Origin: Marsupella aquatica
Taxonomy: Eukaryota > Plantae > Marchantiophyta
Assembly: GCA_973895155.1 (NCBI GenBank)
Contig: OZ316892.1
Location: forward strand, 1,739,223 to 1,803,222
DNA: 64,000 nt
Direction: 5' to 3'
A model generated the notes under the pieces. It was not told the origin of the DNA. It searched no databases and worked only from the letters and a program-made list of their open reading frames with translations. Below are positions 56,993-64,000 of the stretch, piece by piece. The translations under genes were made by a program, and so were the position numbers. Position 1 is the first letter of the stretch. Every line of letters begins with the position of its first letter.

Positions 56993-59900
56993 ATGTCTCT
57001 CAGCTATTCGATCCCTGTAAGTCATTCCTTCACCACGGTTGACGTCTGTGAAAAACTTATGCAGCTAGAATTTGTACTTCGCTGATACATAACCATACGT
57101 TTACTGATGGGTGGGGTGGAGAATGTACCACCCATCAAGTACGTATACACAGATGGCCTACCTGGTTGTTAGTTACTCATCACCAAGCTATACACTTCAA
57201 ATTCTTGTGATAAAAATTTGGTTCATTCACCGTCATACATGTTCTGTTGCTGCAGCGGCTTACAGACTGCGAAAGTATGGGAGTGCAGTGTCTCAAGTGG
57301 AGTCAGACCAGGCATAATTCGAGCAGCTGTCTGCCCGATCGGATTTATGGAATGGCGAGCACCTCGTCCACAGTTCATATGAGATCCAAGTTGGCAGCAA
57401 AAAGAAACTGGAACGTCGAAACGAAGAGGACCAACGAGGTGACTTGGAAGGGTCCTGCAAAATCTAATTATGGTGAGGGTCAAAATATTCTCGGAGATGG
57501 GGTATATAGTTTGAATACCTAGGAGAGGTGAAGGTTAAATGTGAGAGGTTTGCGCTGAGCTTTAGGATTAATCACTATGTGGACATTTTCAAATCAGTGG
57601 AAAACCTCGACCGGATGGAAGCCGATTATATCATACGTTATGTCCTGTGCATGGAAAATCATTTAGGGGATGAAATGTGAAAACTGTATCTACTCACATT
57701 CCTGTCCGTGCAGGCCAGATTGAAATTGTAGAAGAACGCTGGCGGCAGTTCTTCTCGGATCCTTCACAGTGGTGGGACCACAGGTCGGGTAAGGTGATAA
57801 GTTCACTAGAACCTCGAGCAAAGAAAATGGATAAAGAAAATCGCTTCGAGTGAGATGTTATATTGTGGCTCTTCTCTGTCAGTTTTGCTGGAACTCTGGC
57901 TTATTCACGTCAGAAAGATGTGATTGAAGCTTCGAACATATTCGAAATTTTGTGTGCCAGACCATCGTGAAATATCCAGAATTTAAGCTCTGAACATATT
58001 CGAATGTGTGTCTCCCAGACAAATGTGAAATTTCCAGATTTTAAGCATAAGCAGACCGAGGAGGCACTTTGGATCAATGACCAATTAAACCCTGAATGGG
58101 TGGAGGCTCAGCTGGCGACAATAGTACCAGGAACCGTAAAGCAGCCGCTATCTTACTGGAATAGAGAAATTGAAGGGAATATCAAGGAAAAAAATTACAA
58201 GATGGCGTTGGAGCTCTTCGAGCAAATGCGGCGAGAAGGGGTGCGAGCGGACAAATTCACGCTCAACGCAGTGCTCAGAGCCTGTGTTAAGACTCGAGCA
58301 CTTGAGAAGGGTAGAGATATTCACCGACAGGTCACTGAAGATGGATTTGAGGTGGACCCTTTCATTGGAACAACCCTGTTTGACATGTACGTTAAATGCG
58401 GGAAGGTTGATGATGCATACAAGGTGTTCAAGAACACGCCCAGAAAGGACGTGTTTTTGTGGACTTCCATGATCGTGGCGTATGCCAGGAGTGGGCGAGG
58501 AAAACAAGGGCTAAAACTATACCGAGAGATGGAGTCAGCAAATGTGGCTCCAGGTCCGAAGACATACGCTGCCGTCCTCAATGCTTGTGCCAATGTAGGA
58601 GCCCGGGAAGAAGGCAAACGTGTACATGCCCAGATCAAGCAAAGTGGTTGTGAATCTGATATCCTTGTAGGTAATAGCCTGGTTGACATGTATACCAAAA
58701 CTGGAGGCATTGACGATGCACAAAGTGTATTTGACAAGATGCACACACGAAGTGTGACAGTGTGGAATGCCATGATTGGGGTATATGTCAAAGGTGGACA
58801 AGCACAAAAGGGATTAGAACTTTATAAACAAATGCAAATGGAAGGAAAGGTGTTTATTCCTGCCACCTTCATGCTGGTACTTAAAGCTTGTACATGTCTA
58901 GGGGCACTCGATGAAGGCCGGCATGTGCATGCACACATCACTAAAAGTGGCTGTGAATCTAATGTTTTTGTGGCTGGGAGCCTAGTTGACATGTACGCCA
59001 AGTGTGGGAGCATAGAGGATGCAGAGAACGTCTTTGGCACGATTCCAGAATGGAATGCAATGTCCTGGACTACTTTGATTGGGGGATATGTAAAATGTGG
59101 ACGAGGGGAGAAGGCTCTAGAGTTATATCAACAAATGCAAGACGCAAAAGTGACCCCAGTTCCTGCAACTTTTGTGGGTGTCCTAAATGCATGTGCCTCT
59201 ATTGGTGCGCTGAAAGACGGACGGGAAGTTCATGCACAGATCATTCAAAGAGGTTGTGAAACGGACATGTTTGTGGGTAGTAGTCTGATTGCAATGTATT
59301 CGAAGTGTGGGAGCGTTATGGAAGCACGCGCAGTGTTCAATAAGATCAGTACACGCAACGTAGTATCTTGGAGTGCAATGATTCTTGCACATGTAAAATC
59401 TGGGGAAGGGAGGAAGGCAATAAAACTGTATCAGCAAATGCTCGGCCAGGGTTTGAGGCCATTTCCCGCCACCTTTCTCGCAGTTCTGAATGCATGTGCA
59501 AGTGTAGGTTCACTTGAAGATGGCAGGCGTATTCACGAACAGATCATTCAGAGTGGCTGTGAATCTGATATCTATATAAGGAGTAGCCTGATTGACATGT
59601 ATGCTAAATGTAGAAGCATACACGATGCAGAAAAGATATTCAGAAAAATTTGTAACCACAGTGTGGGCTCCTGGAATGCCATGATCAGCGGTTATGTGAG
59701 GTGTGGACAAGGACAGAAGGCATTGGATTTGTATAAACAAATGGAAGCAAAAGGGGTGGAGCCTGTTTCTGCCACATTTGTTGGCGTGCTCAGTGCTTGT
59801 GGAAATGAAAAGGCACTAGACTTCGGGAAGCGAATTCATGAGCAGGTAATCCAGAAGAACTATGAATCGGATGTATTTGTGGGTAGCAGCCTGATGGAGA

Positions 59901-61486
59901 TGTATTCGAAGTGTGGCAGCATAGAGGATGCAAGGGCAGTTTTCGATGTACTAAACACAAAGAATGTTGTCTGCTGGAATAATATGGTTTTAGGATATGT
60001 GCACTGCGGGCAAGGGGAGAAGGCATTAGAACTATTTAAGCGAATGGAATCAGAGGGAGTGGAGCTCAATAATCTCAGTTACATTGCAGGGCTTAATGCT
60101 TGTGCAAGTGTTGGAGGACTTGAAGAAGGCAGACGAGCCCATTCACAGATCATTGAAAATGGTTACGAGTCTCATGATTATTTGGCTAGTAGCTTGGTGA
60201 ACATGTACTCAAAATGTGGGAGCATGGAGGAAGCAGATAGCGTTTTTAACAAGATGCAGACGCCAGGTGTGGGCTCCTGGAATGCCATGATTATGGGACA
60301 TGTGCATTGTAAGGATGGGCAAAAGGCTCTAGAACTTTATTCCCAAATGAATGCAAAAAGGGTAGAGCCGATTCCGTTCACATTTGTGGCATTGTTGCAG
60401 GCATGTACAATTGTTGGGGCGCTTACAGAAGGCAGACGCATTCATAGACAGATTATTGAGAGTGGGTATGAGTCTAATGAACTTGTGGGCCATGCCCTTC
60501 TCGATATGTATTCCAAATGTGGATCCATGGAAAATGCACGGAAAGTTTTCAGTAGCATGGGGGTACGGAACTTGAACTGTTGGAATTCCATGCTAGAAGG
60601 ATATGCCATGCGTGGCCATGTCCAGGAAGCACGTCAGCTTTTCGAAACTATGTGCAACGAGAACGTAGAGTTAGACGCTGTTACGTTCACTTCTCTGCTG
60701 TCAGCTTGCAGGCATGGGGTTCTAGTGAAGGAAGGCCGTTACTATTTCAAGTCGATGACTTCAGAACACGGCATCTCACCAAGGAGAGAGCACTTTGCCT
60801 CCATGGCTGATCTTCTAGGCCGTTCTGGCCACTTGAAGGAGGCAGAGGACATGATCAACAGCATGAAAGGGAAACCTGATGTTCCAGTCTTGCTTGCCCT
60901 GCTTGAAGCTTGCAGAGTCCACGATAATGTCGAATCAGGTGAGCGAATTGCAGAACAAATTGTTGAAATTGGCCCTGGAAGTGCTTCTGGGTATGATGTC
61001 CTAGCAACCTTCTATGCGGCTGTACGGAAGTGGGATTGCAGAGAACATGTCAATCAGTTGAAAATGGAAAGAAATTGTAAAGAAGATCCTGAGTGCACCT
61101 TCATCGAAGTAAATGACGTAGTGCACTCATTTGCAGTGGATAAGCAAGATCATCCTCAACTAGGAGAGATTCACACTGAACTAAGGAGACTCTATCAATT
61201 GATGAAGGAAGCAGGTTATGAGCAAGATAGCCGCTTTGTGTTGCACGATAAAGAGATGGTATCACCTCTAAGTTATCACAGTGAAATGTTGGCTATCGGA
61301 TTAGGCCTCATTTGCACTACTCCTGGTACTCCCCTCCGTATCGTGAACAATGTTAAAGTGGCTGGGGACTGTCATAGTGCTAACAAGTTCATCTCAAGGG
61401 TTAGTGGTAGAACAATTATTGCAAGATATGGTAGCCTGTTTCACCGCTTTAAAAATGGTCTGTGCAGTTGCAGGGATTTTTGGTAA
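56993..61486 (+). CDS. PLS-class PPR protein with N-terminal PDF motif, ~27 PPR motifs, E1-E2 and a degenerate DYW domain (~1260 aa); exons 56993-57016, 57256-57472, 57714-57793, 58019-61486
   Basis: In-phase GT-AG junctions (CCT|GTAAGT, TGCAG|CGG, TATG|GTGAG, TGCAG|GC, AAG|GTGATA, CCCAG|ACA); 8 P-L-S triplets + P2-L2-S2; HSE...GDCH...FHRFKNGLCSCRDFW*. Exon 1 is less certain than the rest. Confidence 0.93.
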
Positions 61487-63657
61487 CCTCTGCTGGTAAA
61501 TGAGCTCATTCCATATTACATAATTTCTCGGCTACGGCCTCTAGTAGGTGGTTTTTCTAGATTTTAGAGAATACAATGCAATTCTTGGAGTAGCAATACT
61601 TGATGTCCGAGTCAATGAACCAGAAGATCGTTTGGAAGAAAGCAAGATAAATCTTGATTCAATTGACCCCAGTGTTGGTTGCCACACGGTCAACAGCACA
61701 GGAATATCTCAGCGGCAAAACAGAAACCAATCCAACTACCTATTTCTGTTCATACAAGCCCCTTATTTGTTTACTTGGGTTATCCTTGGACAGCGTGACA
61801 GCCAATGCAGATTGTATTGGGACGCTTGAAAGTGACCATTCTGATGAGGGCAGAAATTCAAGCCAACTTTGCAAACGCAAGTCTGCACCATCAACACTCT
61901 CCTGAGATTCTGTGGAGTGACTCCAGAGATTCTGTTCAAGTTCTTTGTGGGATATATGTACGAGGTTCAATGCCGTCTTTCAACTTAGTGAGTCTTCTAG
62001 GTTCAATACCATTGGACTCCCGTAAGACTTCCCCCTAAGACTTTACAAAGCATCTTAGTCGTGAGTACTATATTGTTAATCCGAAATACAGCAACAAAAA
62101 TTCATGGGACATTGATGTCTCGTGAGCAATTTTTTAACAAGACTTTCACACAGCAACTTGGTTGTGAGTAGTATATCGTTATTGGAAAGTACAGCAGTGA
62201 AAGCCCGTGTCACATGCAGGGTCTCTTCCAGCAATAGCTTCGACTTTATCCACAATGGGAAGTTCTAGAAAGAGAGCAACATTTATCCCATTTTGTTCTT
62301 GATGAATTATAACACCCTGAAAACTTAACCCTGAACGTCTTGTGAGACGTGGGCTACCCAGTAGCCGTCGTACTTCCGAGTTTATTATACTCCAGTATCA
62401 CGAAGAAACGAAGTGATTTGTTGGGTCCACGTCTCCACGGTAGTGTCTCACAAGGTCCTACCGGGGATTAAAGGGACTGCACGTATAGCCATTAACCTTC
62501 GTGCAAAGATAACGAATAAAAATTCCAAATTATGCACGATAGGACATGTTTTCAAGATTTAAAAATTCGAAATGGCAGAAAACCTTAAACATTAGTCGAT
62601 CAGTAATCAAATAACTATTCCAAACACAACAGTCATGCAAGCGATCATCATTACAATCACGGCTCGGAGGTCAAGACGATACTGACACTGCCATGTCTTT
62701 TGTGTACATTGCATTCTTGTTAAGAATTGCACAAAAACGAATAGATGTAGATCAGACTTGGAGTTGTCATATTGGTTGTTTGCAGATTTAGTCATTTTGA
62801 TACCAAGATACTACCCTAGGACTGTACGACAACGAGAATAAGATGCATAACTCGTATAAACTTTTCAACAATTCCAATTTTGCTCTTCAAAACAACAATA
62901 GGTGTAAACAACTGTTGTTATCTACCATTTTCAAGTTGGCCTATTTAAGAATTATCCTCCTTGGCCCAATACTTAACGCTTGACCCAATTCTTCACTTTT
63001 GTTTCTCTCAAGTCCATCAGTACAAATTTTTCTAACCGTGCTATAAATTGACTTGGAAGATTGATAGAAACCCTGAAAGGAACTCATGCTCCCACTGCAA
63101 CCTGGTTCTTATACTGTGCTTTCAAAAACCGCAACCTTGGATGACGTGGAAAAGTTTTGGAAGTCCTCGGGTCAGTTTTGCTACAATTCAGGCCTGCATG
63201 AGTAAATAAAGCGAACACTAATATAAGGGGCTTGCATAACAAAAAGACTTGATATTCATGCAGATTTCTCTACGATCCCATCCACTCCAAACCCTGGAGA
63301 GAATGTATGCAGCAGCAGTGACGAAAAATATGGGTTTGACGTGAAGACACGAAAGTCGTTCTGCTCAAGAATCAATCAAAATGGAGATTCGAAGTCCACG
63401 GGGTTTTTCCGCTTTTCCTACTAAATTACTTTAGAGTACACTTTACAATCACTAAAGAACATAGGCATGCCACCTCACAGTCTGCATCAAGGAGTAAGAT
63501 TTGGACAGGATACAGACCAAAGGACTTTAGATTCAAGAGATATACTTTCCAGAAATAGTATTTACGCACCTTGCATGAGATTGTTTCCAAATGGACGTGT
63601 TTCCACATACCATTGGAGAACCAATTCACGACTTTCCAGAGCCAAGCCACAAGTTAC

Positions 63658-63993
63658 CTAGACTGCTCTTGCAATCCACCCAGGGACTGCAATCTTTGTC
63701 TCAATACCAAGCCGCTTCAGAAAGATGACATATAGAACGTGTAGCAGAAAAACAAAAGCTCCGCAATTGAGGAAGAGCTGCACAGAAATGATATCAGGGT
63801 AAGAGAGCAGATCTCAGGAGAAGTGAAACTAGATAGCAGCAAAGAGACAAAGGTCATCCAGCTGACAAAACTGTTTACAACAGAAACATACCAGAGCAGC
63901 AAAGACGAAGTAGATCATCAACATTGTCGGATAAAAGTTGATACCCAGAGCAGCCAACATGTACGACACTGAAGCGTGCGCGTTTATAGTGAT
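63658..63993 (-). CDS. 3' end (last two exons, 63892-63993 and 63658-63777) of a DUF2232-like membrane protein; gene continues beyond the window
   Basis: Not in the ORF track. Phase-0 GT-AG exons read ITINAHASVSYMLAALGINFYPTMLMIYFVFAAL / LFLNCGAFVFLLHVLYVIFLKRLGIETKIAVPGWIARAV*, matching my recollection of the C-terminus of conserved plant DUF2232 proteins (ITINIHASL...LLH.LY..FL.RLG......P.WL.KAI). Confidence 0.85.
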
Positions 63994-64000
63994 CTAATCA

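Noticed and set aside
58004-58018. ATG 58004 as the PPR start codon
   Set aside because: It lies in the intron's acceptor region; upstream exons join in phase and complete the PDF motif.

Overview
Intron-containing land-plant nuclear DNA, not prokaryotic. A bryophyte, possibly a leafy liverwort, is inferred from gene content. Most short ORFs in the supplied track are noise. Supported protein-coding genes: (1) an unrecognised 3-exon ~497-aa protein (+, 8419-10180) with a Cys-rich N-terminus, 18 in-register 9-aa repeats and a basic helical C-terminus; (2) an 89-aa hydrophilic protein resembling a fungal family (-, 14533-14802); (3) MCM3 (-, ~17 exons, 18430-24540); (4) an intronless GT37 fucosyltransferase (-); (5) an intronless MFS transporter (-); (6) a 4-exon PLS-PPR-E-DYW gene with an N-terminal OSB-type PDF motif and a degenerate deaminase site (+, 56993-61486); (7) the last two exons of a DUF2232-like membrane protein (-). 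Intergenic DNA holds LINE remnants, a ~3.7-kb long-TIR element containing a decayed CACTA transposase, a three-copy dispersed repeat and many local tandem duplications. The most striking observation is an upstream ORF at 4740. It can be spliced across a 3.5-kb intron to stop 17 nt before the ATG of gene 1, and its peptide carries two motifs (LIQFNS, KWIEL) that recur in swapped order in the N-terminal domain of gene 1. All splice models and family assignments were made by eye and from memory; no searches were run.
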